From Candidatus Gottesmanbacteria bacterium RBG_16_52_11 (lineage in GTDB: Bacteria > Patescibacteriota > Microgenomatia > UBA10105 > UBA927), in assembly GCA_001779095.1 (NCBI GenBank), contig MFJD01000004.1, positions 116,876-167,329 of the forward strand: 50,454 bases of DNA. Direction: 5' to 3'. This document shows, in pieces, positions 9,895 to 17,295 of this stretch. The position numbers and the translations under genes were made by a program. The notes below the pieces were generated by a model. The model saw only the letters and a program-made list of their open reading frames with translations, was not told the origin of the DNA and ran no database searches. Position 1 is the first letter of the stretch; each line of letters opens with the position of its first letter.

Positions 9895-11278
9895 CCGGTT
9901 TAACTTCGGTCTCCATTCGTCGGTTAGCCAGTTCCGTCAGTTCCGCCCTGACTTTCCGGGGATCGGACGATTCGACCGTCATGCCGTAAGGCTTGCGGGG
10001 CAGTTTGGGCGCCTGGTACTTGCCGAACACAACATATGGCTCCCGGCCGATGACCGCCACTCCCCAGGCGGATGACCAGAGCGACGGCATGCCGGTCATA
10101 TCAGAACTGGTTTGGCCCGTCGTTTCATCCGTGATGCGTTCCGCATCGCTATAGGGATTAGCAGCTATCCGCGTTAACCGGTCCAGACGGGCCTCGGGTG
10201 TCTCATCAGGGAGGTCAACCAGGGCCCCGGTCAGTTCCAGGCGGCGTTTCCTCCGGGCCAGTTCAGTACCGTACAAAGCAGTTTCAAAGTCTTTCGGGGG
10301 GGACTCTGCTGAAACAGTGAATGCATCCAGTCCGGCAAGTTCCTTGCTGCGGGGGTGACTGGGCTGTCCGATAACGTCACGATCAGGCAGCGACCTGGGG
10401 GCAACTTCGACGGCATGGGTCCCTCCGAATTCGAATGTGGCCAGCTGCGGCGGATTGCCTGCCCGGGCCAGATGCACGGCATAACCGCCGGTGAATGTGA
10501 TGCCCCTGTCCCGCATTTTTGCGGCCAACTGCCGGGCAGTTCCGATATCGCCGGCATCAAGAAACATACCGGCAACTGCGTTCACCCAGACTGATCCGGC
10601 GGGATCGGTATCTGCCTGCGTAAACAGGGCGTCCACGACCACCATGCAGCCGGTATCGCGGTTGATGCCCATAGCCGGTCCGCCGCCGGAGAGGCCGGGG
10701 TAGGCGAGAAAGGTAATGGTTTTATCACCATCTGACTGGTGAACAATGCGGTAGCGGTAACCGGCTTCATCAAACGGCAGGCCGGCATCGCGTTTCCGGT
10801 TGATGTCAACCAGCGCCGTATCACCCTCGTTTTCCTCGGTATGGATCAGGGAAATCCGGCCGTTGCCTTTCTCACGGACGATAATCGTCTGACAGCCGGC
10901 ATCCAGCTCCATGTCAAGTACGATAGCTTCAGCGGGTGATATTTCCGCACCTGATGCAAAACCCTCCAGCCGGTCCAGGTAGCGCTTGCCGTAATCCACG
11001 CCCCCGGCAGTAAATACGCCCGAAGAAACGAGAGAGCGGAAGTGATCCAGGGCACTTCCGGCGGTCTTTTCCAGATTATCCCAGGGACCGGCACCGGATC
11101 TGACCTCATCCAGCACCTGGCGGGTAATTCCCTTCATGCGTGATCCGAATTCCCGTGAGGCAGCAGTCACCGAATCGCTCCGGATGTCAATTACCTCATG
11201 GTCTGCAAATCCGTGAAGTCTGACGGGGGATTGGTCCGGCGGTCCCGGTGTCTCGGTCATATTACCGGATTGTACCAT
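9884..11278 (-). CDS. Hypothetical protein, possible Ntn-hydrolase of the C45 (acyl-CoA:6-APA acyltransferase-like) type
   Basis: 464 aa. A candidate nucleophile context is LDAGCQTIIV. LIHTEENEG and AYPGLSGGGPAMGINRDTGCMVVVDALF resemble my memory of C45/AAT-family motifs. This has not been verified by any search. Confidence 0.45.
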   Translation of the reverse strand: MVQSGNMTETPGPPDQSPVRLHGFADHEVIDIRSDSVTAASREFGSRMKGITRQVLDEVRSGAGPWDNLEKTAGSALDHFRSLVSSGVFTAGGVDYGKRYLDRLEGFASGAEISPAEAIVLDMELDAGCQTIIVREKGNGRISLIHTEENEGDTALVDINRKRDAGLPFDEAGYRYRIVHQSDGDKTITFLAYPGLSGGGPAMGINRDTGCMVVVDALFTQADTDPAGSVWVNAVAGMFLDAGDIGTARQLAAKMRDRGITFTGGYAVHLARAGNPPQLATFEFGGTHAVEVAPRSLPDRDVIGQPSHPRSKELAGLDAFTVSAESPPKDFETALYGTELARRKRRLELTGALVDLPDETPEARLDRLTRIAANPYSDAERITDETTGQTSSDMTGMPSLWSSAWGVAVIGREPYVVFGKYQAPKLPRKPYGMTVESSDPRKVRAELTELANRRMETEVKPEKP

Positions 11279-11389
11279 CGGCTTTTCCGGATGCGCAATC
11301 CGGTTCGGGAGAAATGCGGCGATGCTATAATCAGCCTATGATCCATCGGCTTCGCTCATGATTGATTCTGTCCGATACAATTCGTGTTC

Positions 11390-12736
11390 ATGAAAATTAA
11401 ATCCGTATTCGTCTGTCAGCAATGCGGCTATGAATCCCCGAGCTGGTACGGGAAGTGTCCGCAGTGCGGTACGTGGAACAGTCTGGTGGAAACGGTAAAG
11501 GAGAGCGGTAAGGCGCCCGCCTCCGCCAGAACTGCGGCGAGGCAGGCGAAACCGGTTAAGCTGTCTGAGGTCAGGCATATTGAAAAAAGCAGGATAAAAA
11601 GCGGATTCGTTGAGTTTGACCGGGTGATGGGTGGCGGTATCGTGCCCGGGTCAGTGACGCTCCTGGCGGGCGATCCGGGAATCGGCAAGTCCACGATGTT
11701 GCTCCATGTCATAGCCAGAACCGGCGGCCTTTATGTATCCGGGGAAGAGTCGGCCGAACAGGTCAAACTCAGGGCTAAACGGCTCGGGATCAGCGGAGAT
11801 AATATCAGCATACTGGCGGAGACGCTGGCGGAAGCAATCGCCGAGGCTATCCACCAGCCTGGAGCCGGCGACAGGGGAATCCTGGTGGTGGATTCGGTGC
11901 AGACCCTGAATTCGGAGGAGTTAGAAGGAATGGCCGGTTCGGTCGGACAGCTCCGCCGGAGTACGGAAATTCTGGTAGCAGTCGCCAAAACTACCGGTAT
12001 ACCGGTGGTTATCATCGGGCACGTGACCAAGGAAGGAGCAATCGCCGGTCCGAAGGTGCTGGAACATATGGTTGATACCGTGCTTTATCTGGAAGGAGAA
12101 CGATACGCCAATGCCCGGATACTGCGGACGCTGAAAAACCGTTACGGGGCGGTTGATGAGGTAGGCCTTTTTGAGATGGGGGATGGAGGACTAAAGGAGA
12201 TAGAAAATCCCTCCGAGATATTTCTTCAGGATAGAGTAACTGATGTACCCGGGTCGGTAGTGACCGTTGTTCTGGAGGGAACCAGACCGCTTCTGATAGA
12301 AATTCAGGCGCTGGCGGTGCCGAGCCCACTGGCGGTACCCCGGCGGGTCGGCAGCGGTGTCGATTACAACCGCCTGCAGGTCATCTGTGCCATCATTCAG
12401 AAGCGCCTGGGGTTGCCGATATCATCCTCCGATATCTACGTCAACGTCTCCGGCGGAATACGGATATCGGAACCGGCGGCTGACCTGGCAATCGCGCTTT
12501 CCATCATATCCTCTTACCAGAACAGGCCGGCGCCCCGTAAGGCAGCCGCTTTCGGTGAGATCGGACTTCTGGGTGAGGTCCGTCGGACTTCCCAGGAAAA
12601 ACGCCGGATTACTGAAGCCCGGCGGCTGGGATATGCCACCCTTATCCATTCCCAGTCGGCACCTACTTTAAGGTCAGCCCTGTCATATCTCCGAAAGGGT
12701 GAGCCGTCAGAAAAAGCTCCGGCCGGGAGGCGGTGA
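11390..12736 (+). CDS. radA: DNA repair protein RadA/Sms
   Basis: An N-terminal zinc finger (CQQCGYESPSWYGKCPQCGTWN), Walker A (GDPGIGKST), the KNRYG motif and a Lon-protease-like C-terminal domain. The track ORF starts at a GTG at 11384; I prefer the ATG at 11390. Confidence 0.9.
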   Translation: MKIKSVFVCQQCGYESPSWYGKCPQCGTWNSLVETVKESGKAPASARTAARQAKPVKLSEVRHIEKSRIKSGFVEFDRVMGGGIVPGSVTLLAGDPGIGKSTMLLHVIARTGGLYVSGEESAEQVKLRAKRLGISGDNISILAETLAEAIAEAIHQPGAGDRGILVVDSVQTLNSEELEGMAGSVGQLRRSTEILVAVAKTTGIPVVIIGHVTKEGAIAGPKVLEHMVDTVLYLEGERYANARILRTLKNRYGAVDEVGLFEMGDGGLKEIENPSEIFLQDRVTDVPGSVVTVVLEGTRPLLIEIQALAVPSPLAVPRRVGSGVDYNRLQVICAIIQKRLGLPISSSDIYVNVSGGIRISEPAADLAIALSIISSYQNRPAPRKAAAFGEIGLLGEVRRTSQEKRRITEARRLGYATLIHSQSAPTLRSALSYLRKGEPSEKAPAGRR

Positions 12737-12887
12737 CACCGGCATCGGATTTTATGTATAATACTCCCCATACTCCCGATCTGCCTCTCCGGCAGGTCAG
12801 GTGACAGCACCACAGTGTAGCCCGCGAGCCGCGGAGAAGATCCAGGTGTTTGATAGTGTTACAATTGCCGTGACGGTTAGGCAGTCC

Positions 12888-13754
12888 ATGAAAAGCAGAA
12901 ATTCTAAGAAAAAATCTAATCCGGCCGTGTCGCCGGAGGAAGTGGTGGCGGCCATACTTCCCCAAGAAGCGGATAAATCCGAAAACCAAGGGAAACGCCG
13001 TCAGGGATTATCGGCCCTGACGCGGCCTACTGCAACGTTCACCCAGACGCTGGCCCACGAAATCGCCAAAAATCTGACCGCATTCGGGCAGATGACATCA
13101 CGGCCGTTCAAGAAAGCATCGGAGCGGAAAGCCAAAGAAGCCCAGGATAAGGCGGAAAATCCGGTCTATGTCGATACCAGCGTGCTGATTGACGGGCGGA
13201 TCCTGCCGATTATCAATAGCGGATTCTTTGCCGGAACATTGATTATCCCGGAATTCATTCTGGCAGAGGTGCAGCATATCGCCGACAGTCCGGATATTAT
13301 CCGGCGGACTAAAGGCAGGCGGGGATTGGACGTGGTGAACAAAATCAAGTCCCAGAAGGCAAATCCGCTGGTGAAATGCCGGTTGGTAAGCGAGGATAAT
13401 CCTGAGGTCAGGGAAGTCGACCATAAACTGGTTGCGCTGGCGAAAAAACGCAAGGCGAAGCTTTTGACCGTTGATTTCAATCTGGCCCAACTGGCAAGAG
13501 CCCAGGGGGTAAAAGTCTTAAGCATCCACGATCTGGCCCAGGCGATGAAAGCGGCACTGGTACCGGGTGAAGAGATGACGATCCGGATCAGCCATGAAGG
13601 CAAGGAGCGGGAACAGGGCGTCGGATACCTGGACGACGGCACTATGGTGGTGGTGGACAATACCCGTACTCTGGTCGGTCATACCGTGATAGCTACGATT
13701 ACCAAAATCCACCAGACGCCCGCCGGTCAACTGTTCTTTGCCAGGCTCAAGTGA
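12888..13754 (+). CDS. yacL: PIN and TRAM domain protein (YacL-like)
   Basis: A PIN region (VYVDTSVLIDGRI...IIPEFILAEVQHIADS...LLTVDFNLAQLA) and a C-terminal TRAM-like region (MTIRISHEGKEREQGVGYLDDGTMVVVDN...). It sits immediately downstream of radA, as in Firmicutes. I prefer the internal ATG at 12888 over the GTG at 12801. Confidence 0.75.
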   Translation: MKSRNSKKKSNPAVSPEEVVAAILPQEADKSENQGKRRQGLSALTRPTATFTQTLAHEIAKNLTAFGQMTSRPFKKASERKAKEAQDKAENPVYVDTSVLIDGRILPIINSGFFAGTLIIPEFILAEVQHIADSPDIIRRTKGRRGLDVVNKIKSQKANPLVKCRLVSEDNPEVREVDHKLVALAKKRKAKLLTVDFNLAQLARAQGVKVLSIHDLAQAMKAALVPGEEMTIRISHEGKEREQGVGYLDDGTMVVVDNTRTLVGHTVIATITKIHQTPAGQLFFARLK

Positions 13755-13755
13755 T

Positions 13756-14616
13756 ATGCTTGAGGGTATGGAAGGGTTCCGGCCCCTGTCCGCCGATGAT
13801 GAAGACCTTCGTGATGCCCGGCCTGATAGTACGAGCCGGTTCAGCGACATCACCCCTCCGGCGCCGGAAAACGGCAGAAAACCCGGCCTGAAACTGTTTT
13901 TCCTCTTAAGCACCGTCCTGTTGATTGCCGGCGTCGGCATCGGGTGGCTGGCCGGCCAGGGTAGTTTCTCCGGAGCCGTAATTACCGGTCTGGAGCCGAC
14001 ACCCAGAACCGCATGTCCCGGTCCTGACTGCCCGGATATCCGCCCGACCGATATGCCTACCGCCTACCCGCTTCCGACCGGAAAGAATGATCCGACGCCG
14101 ATGCCATCGCCGACCCCGGCAGACATGGTGCTCCGGAGCAGCCGGTGCCCGTCAGCCGTGACTGTGCCGGCCGGGCGCATCAACGTTCCCTATGAAAACG
14201 CGTATGCCCGCTGGCAGGTAAAGGAGGTAACCGAACGGTTCGGATTCCTGCCCCGGGCCGAAGAGGTCAACGGCAGGCAGGCTTTGTACGAACTGCGGGT
14301 GGAAGGCCAGATCTACGGCGACGGCGAAATAGTACTGATTGTGGCCTGTCAGGATAACGCCAATAAATGGAGCCAGGAGGATTTCCTGAGTTATGTCCTG
14401 AAAACCGATTTTCTGGTGGATCCAACGATGGCGAGAACCACCCTGTGGGGGAGGGACGTGGCGGTACTGACGTACAAAACCGCATCCGATCAGCCGGCTC
14501 ATACCAACTGGTTCTTTGCCACTCCGACGCATCTCTACAGTATCAGTAAAGGAAACTACATTAACCAATATTTCGATAAAGAGCTGGAGGCCGCCTTCGA
14601 TTCGCTGACTTTCTGA
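13756..14616 (+). CDS. Hypothetical membrane-anchored protein (single TM, Pro-rich linker, extracytoplasmic domain)
   Basis: The ATG at 13756 lies 1 nt after the preceding stop (TGA 13752-13754). The TM segment is LKLFFLLSTVLLIAGVGIGWLAG, followed by a Pro/Thr-rich stretch. I recognise no family. Confidence 0.6.
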   Translation: MLEGMEGFRPLSADDEDLRDARPDSTSRFSDITPPAPENGRKPGLKLFFLLSTVLLIAGVGIGWLAGQGSFSGAVITGLEPTPRTACPGPDCPDIRPTDMPTAYPLPTGKNDPTPMPSPTPADMVLRSSRCPSAVTVPAGRINVPYENAYARWQVKEVTERFGFLPRAEEVNGRQALYELRVEGQIYGDGEIVLIVACQDNANKWSQEDFLSYVLKTDFLVDPTMARTTLWGRDVAVLTYKTASDQPAHTNWFFATPTHLYSISKGNYINQYFDKELEAAFDSLTF

Positions 14617-14917
14617 CGCTCCGGACTGATCTGCCGCTAATATGACTGTCTGCCAGCGCCCGAAATGGTGCTTAAACTCTCCGGCCCGGTGCCGCACGTA
14701 CACTCCGGATTAATTATTACTGGTCCTGTATCCCAGGGTACCCTGAATAGTAATTGCTGAATATTTAAGTCCGGTGACAGGCGTGGGATGGGGTGAGGAT
14801 TAATCCCGAAGTTATCCACAAAAAATATCGGAAAAAATATTGGGCGTCAATACACTCCAGAGTTATTGAAATATATTATAAGATACTGTTTTTCCCGAAT
14901 TATATTTCCTATGGGAC

Positions 14918-14947
14918 TTGACAAGCCGGGAAAACCGTGACTATGAT
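14918..14947 (+). promoter_or_regulatory. Sigma70-like promoter placed for a leaderless transcript of the 59-aa ORF
   Basis: TTGACA (14918-14923), an 18-nt spacer, then TATGAT (14942-14947). The ATG at 14953 is 6 nt after the -10 hexamer. Confidence 0.4.
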
Positions 14948-14952
14948 GAATC

Positions 14953-15132
14953 ATGGACGGAAAACTACTGCTAACGCAGTTGGGTTTGGGACTCTCCAGA
15001 ATGCTGGGGAGGAAGAAAAGAGAGCGCGTATCGCCGCTGACCCGGGAGCGGCAGGAGTTTGAGGAAGAAGCGCGCAGTCAGCTCGAGCAGCTGAAGAAAA
15101 AAGGACTGAGCATCCCGGTATTTACTCTGTAA
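14953..15132 (+). CDS. Small hypothetical protein (59 aa), basic/coiled region after a short hydrophobic N-terminus
   Basis: It is below the ORF-track length cutoff, so I translated it by hand: MDGKLLLTQLGLGLSRMLGRKKRERVSPLTRERQEFEEEARSQLEQLKKKGLSIPVFTL. A good promoter sits upstream and a strong terminator downstream. Confidence 0.4.
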   Translation: MDGKLLLTQLGLGLSRMLGRKKRERVSPLTRERQEFEEEARSQLEQLKKKGLSIPVFTL

Positions 15133-15164
15133 AAAATACACTACCGCGAAACGATTGGGTGAAA

Positions 15165-15195
15165 GATACGTGAAGGGTGCTTCACGTATCTTTTT
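15165..15195 (+). terminator. Rho-independent terminator
   Basis: A perfect 11-bp stem, gatacgtgaag (15165-15175) / cttcacgtatc (15180-15190), with a 4-nt loop, followed by TTTTT (15191-15195). Confidence 0.65.
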
Positions 15196-15331
15196 GGCCG
15201 TCTGGAGGCATCTCAGAGGCCCGAGACGTGCGAGCCCGTTGCAATCGTCTGTTTTTCCTAATAGTTTATGTCAAGGGCAGCGAAAGAGGTGCAGGGAGGA
15301 TTTTGGATTTTGGAAGAGTATAATACTTTTC

Positions 15332-16303
15332 ATGGTTTCGTATAGTAGTGTCATAACGGTTAATTTCCGAATCGGGGAGGATTTTTTCGACGTTTTCCGG
15401 GAAGGTGCAAACCTCTCCTCCGGCAATGTTTCCATCGCCTTGGATATTGATACACCGGTCGTTTCTCTGACACCTAAATCTTTAGAACAGGCCAAGGTCT
15501 CGGTGGTACGAGAATGGAAGCCGTGGACAATTGTTGTCAGCAATGAATGCGTGATGACATATGCGGGTCTTTTGGGAATCAGGAAGTACCGGAATGATAA
15601 GCCATTTGGTTTGGTCGTCTGCGACCAACATTTGGATATCTACGCATACGATTATTGCGGTACTGAGCTTAACAAGGCAACGGTGATCAGGAAATCGCTC
15701 GATGACGGATTGGTCGATCGGGTGGTATTTATCGGAACCAGGCCGTCTGAGGAAGCATGCTACCGGGAAACCGACTACCCGATTCCGGCGCATGACCGGC
15801 AGTACTCCGCACATATCCGGGAGGACCGGATACTATCGGGACATGAGGATAAAATATCCATTATCCCGGTATACCAGTTCGGTACGTTTTCCGAAGGCGC
15901 CATGAAAGCATTCTTCCTCCTTAGGGCGTTGGGGATAACCGATGTTGGGTTGATGGTGGATCTTGACAGTTTCGATTCGCGCCGGATTAGAGGCGTGGCG
16001 TATAATTCCGATTACTCCGCGGAAATCCAGGATTTTATTACCGAAAGAATCAGGGAGAAAAGCAAGCTGCCCGATTTGCCGGTTCTTAAGGAGATAATCG
16101 AATATCTCATGTTCATGGAAAGCGAGATTTCTCAACCGGGCATACCGCCTGATAATATTGGTCAGGAAATCAGTATCGTGAGGGATTTTTTGCGGTCTCA
16201 AGGCATGCGTCTGCTGTATAAAGGGATAACGGAGTACGAGCCAAGCCGTAAGGACAAAGCCACGAAGAGATTACTGGAACAAATCGTACGCGCACTTGTC
16301 TGA
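15332..16303 (+). CDS. Divergent arginase/ureohydrolase-fold protein
   Basis: The track ORF starts at 15155 but would read through the terminator at 15165-15195, so I prefer the ATG at 15332 (MVSYSS...), with TATAAT at 15319-15324. The motifs follow arginase-family order: VVCDQHLDIY (DxHxD), VVFIGTRP, LMVDLDSFDS (DxD) and ITEYEP (ExxP). The usual GGDHS position reads SNECV. Confidence 0.55.
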   Translation: MVSYSSVITVNFRIGEDFFDVFREGANLSSGNVSIALDIDTPVVSLTPKSLEQAKVSVVREWKPWTIVVSNECVMTYAGLLGIRKYRNDKPFGLVVCDQHLDIYAYDYCGTELNKATVIRKSLDDGLVDRVVFIGTRPSEEACYRETDYPIPAHDRQYSAHIREDRILSGHEDKISIIPVYQFGTFSEGAMKAFFLLRALGITDVGLMVDLDSFDSRRIRGVAYNSDYSAEIQDFITERIREKSKLPDLPVLKEIIEYLMFMESEISQPGIPPDNIGQEISIVRDFLRSQGMRLLYKGITEYEPSRKDKATKRLLEQIVRALV

Positions 16304-16497
16304 AACCGGAGCGAGAAGCGATTTTTAGCTTTGAGTCAAAAAGTCCGATCTGCCCCGTACCAAACTTACCCGTATCGCCATCACCCTCCTACGTTCGTGT
16401 TCGTTTCGAGGGCTACGTCCCCGCAAACGAAAACTCACTTCGGAGGATGTGGGAGAGTAAGCTGTTTTTCTGAAAACAGCAACTCTCCCATCAAAAA

Positions 16498-16550
16498 AGC
16501 ATCACTACCGCTAGCAGATTGGGTTTGGGCTACGAGTAGTAATGCTTTTT
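16498..16550 (+). terminator. Long imperfect hairpin plus T-run about 250 nt downstream of the 16303 stop
   Basis: agcatcactaccgctagc (16498-16515) pairs with gctacgagtagtaatgct (16529-16546) at 14 of 18 positions, followed by TTTT (16547-16550). A perfect 16-bp composite hairpin precedes it at 16451-16489. Confidence 0.4.
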
Positions 16551-16716
16551 GTTATTGATATCGTTCATCTTGAGCAGAGATTAGAACGATATCTAAAGGA
16601 AAACGATAACAGGGATATCTGCGCATTGTCAAATCAGAAAGTGAAGCTCGGTAATTGAATTTAGATTGTTTTCACGATACTCTTTTCACCAAAAATCGCT
16701 TCCGGCCGAGCAATAA

Positions 16717-16745
16717 TTGACATTCATTATAGCCAGCGGTAAAAT
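16717..16745 (+). promoter_or_regulatory. Orphan sigma70-like promoter with no downstream ORF
   Basis: TTGACA (16717-16722), an exact 17-nt spacer, then TAAAAT (16740-16745). Downstream plus-strand sequence has only very short ORFs until it runs antisense into the 3' end of the gene at 17296. Confidence 0.4.
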
Positions 16746-17005
16746 CAGTGCAATTAAGAGACGGATGTGATTTGTTGAACAGGTAATATATCCGGGAGTT
16801 GGGAAAGAGCACGGAGCAATTACCGCAATCAGTCTGTTTGACAGACCCTACAGGCAATAGAGTATATTAGACTGTATTAAATAACATCAGGCCAGATGAC
16901 CGGAAATCAGAAAAAATTAATCGGACGATTGGGACGGGAAAATTGAGATAAAGTCGAATTTTCCGGCAATCCGGGTAACAGATAATGCGTACCTGAGACG
17001 GTTTT

Positions 17006-17185
17006 TATGGGGGGTTGATTGTTGGGCCACGTAAATCCCGACTAAGTCGGGACACGTGGCAGGCAGGCTTGAATCGTTAAACGTACACGATGTATGTTCT
17101 GTATGGGGGGTTGATTGTTGGGCAGGCGATCAACTCCCCATAGAGGGCATAGTGTGCGTTTTTACGTTCCGATCAACCCCGTATA
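17006..17185. repeat. Nested inverted-repeat structure built from four copies of a GGGG(G/A)GTTGAT(C) motif
   Basis: Direct 22-nt copies of tatggggggttgattgttgggc lie at 17006-17027 and 17102-17123. Inverted partners are gatcaactccccata (17128-17142) and gatcaaccccgtata (17171-17185). The inner pair gives a 14-bp stem with one G-U. Confidence 0.5.
17027..17059 (+). repeat. Conserved small hairpin element, copy H1 (ACGTAAATCCC...GGGACACGT family)
   Basis: ccacgtaaatcccgac taa gtcgggacacgtgg forms two 6-bp stems separated by an asymmetric internal loop (AAAT opposite AC). The same architecture occurs three times at 35015-35204. Confidence 0.55.
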
Positions 17186-17295
17186 AACCTTACCTTCTCC
17201 CGACGCTTACAGCTTCGCACCCGCCTGTCGGCGAGGCAGGTCGCAGGGGCGGTTCTACGGGGCAGGCTCCCCATAAAGTCTCCCGGTACGCTTTT

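Noticed and set aside
14812-14820. A perfect DnaA-box consensus (TTATCCACA) in an AT-rich intergenic region, considered as a possible oriC.
   Set aside because: It is a single box. I found no cluster of additional boxes and no dnaA or dnaN nearby. One perfect 9-mer in 50 kb on two strands is not far from chance expectation (roughly 0.4 occurrences).
15155-15331. The upstream extension of the arginase-fold ORF (track start 15155).
   Set aside because: The extension would be translated through a perfect 11-bp terminator hairpin with a T-run (15165-15195). It encodes an Arg/Cys-rich junk-like peptide. The ATG at 15332 has a TATAAT box just upstream.
16331-16857. ORFs 16331..16558 (+) and 16672..16857 (-) in the large noncoding gap.
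   Set aside because: The first has a non-ATG start, low-complexity translation and no ribosome-binding site, and it coincides with strong RNA hairpins. The second coincides with a promoter-like region.
17006-17123. Two identical 22-nt direct repeats 96 bp apart, considered as a possible minimal CRISPR array.
   Set aside because: There are only two copies. A 96-bp period is too long for a repeat-plus-spacer unit. Inverted partial copies of the same motif lie next to them, and no cas genes are in the window. The region is better described as nested inverted repeats.
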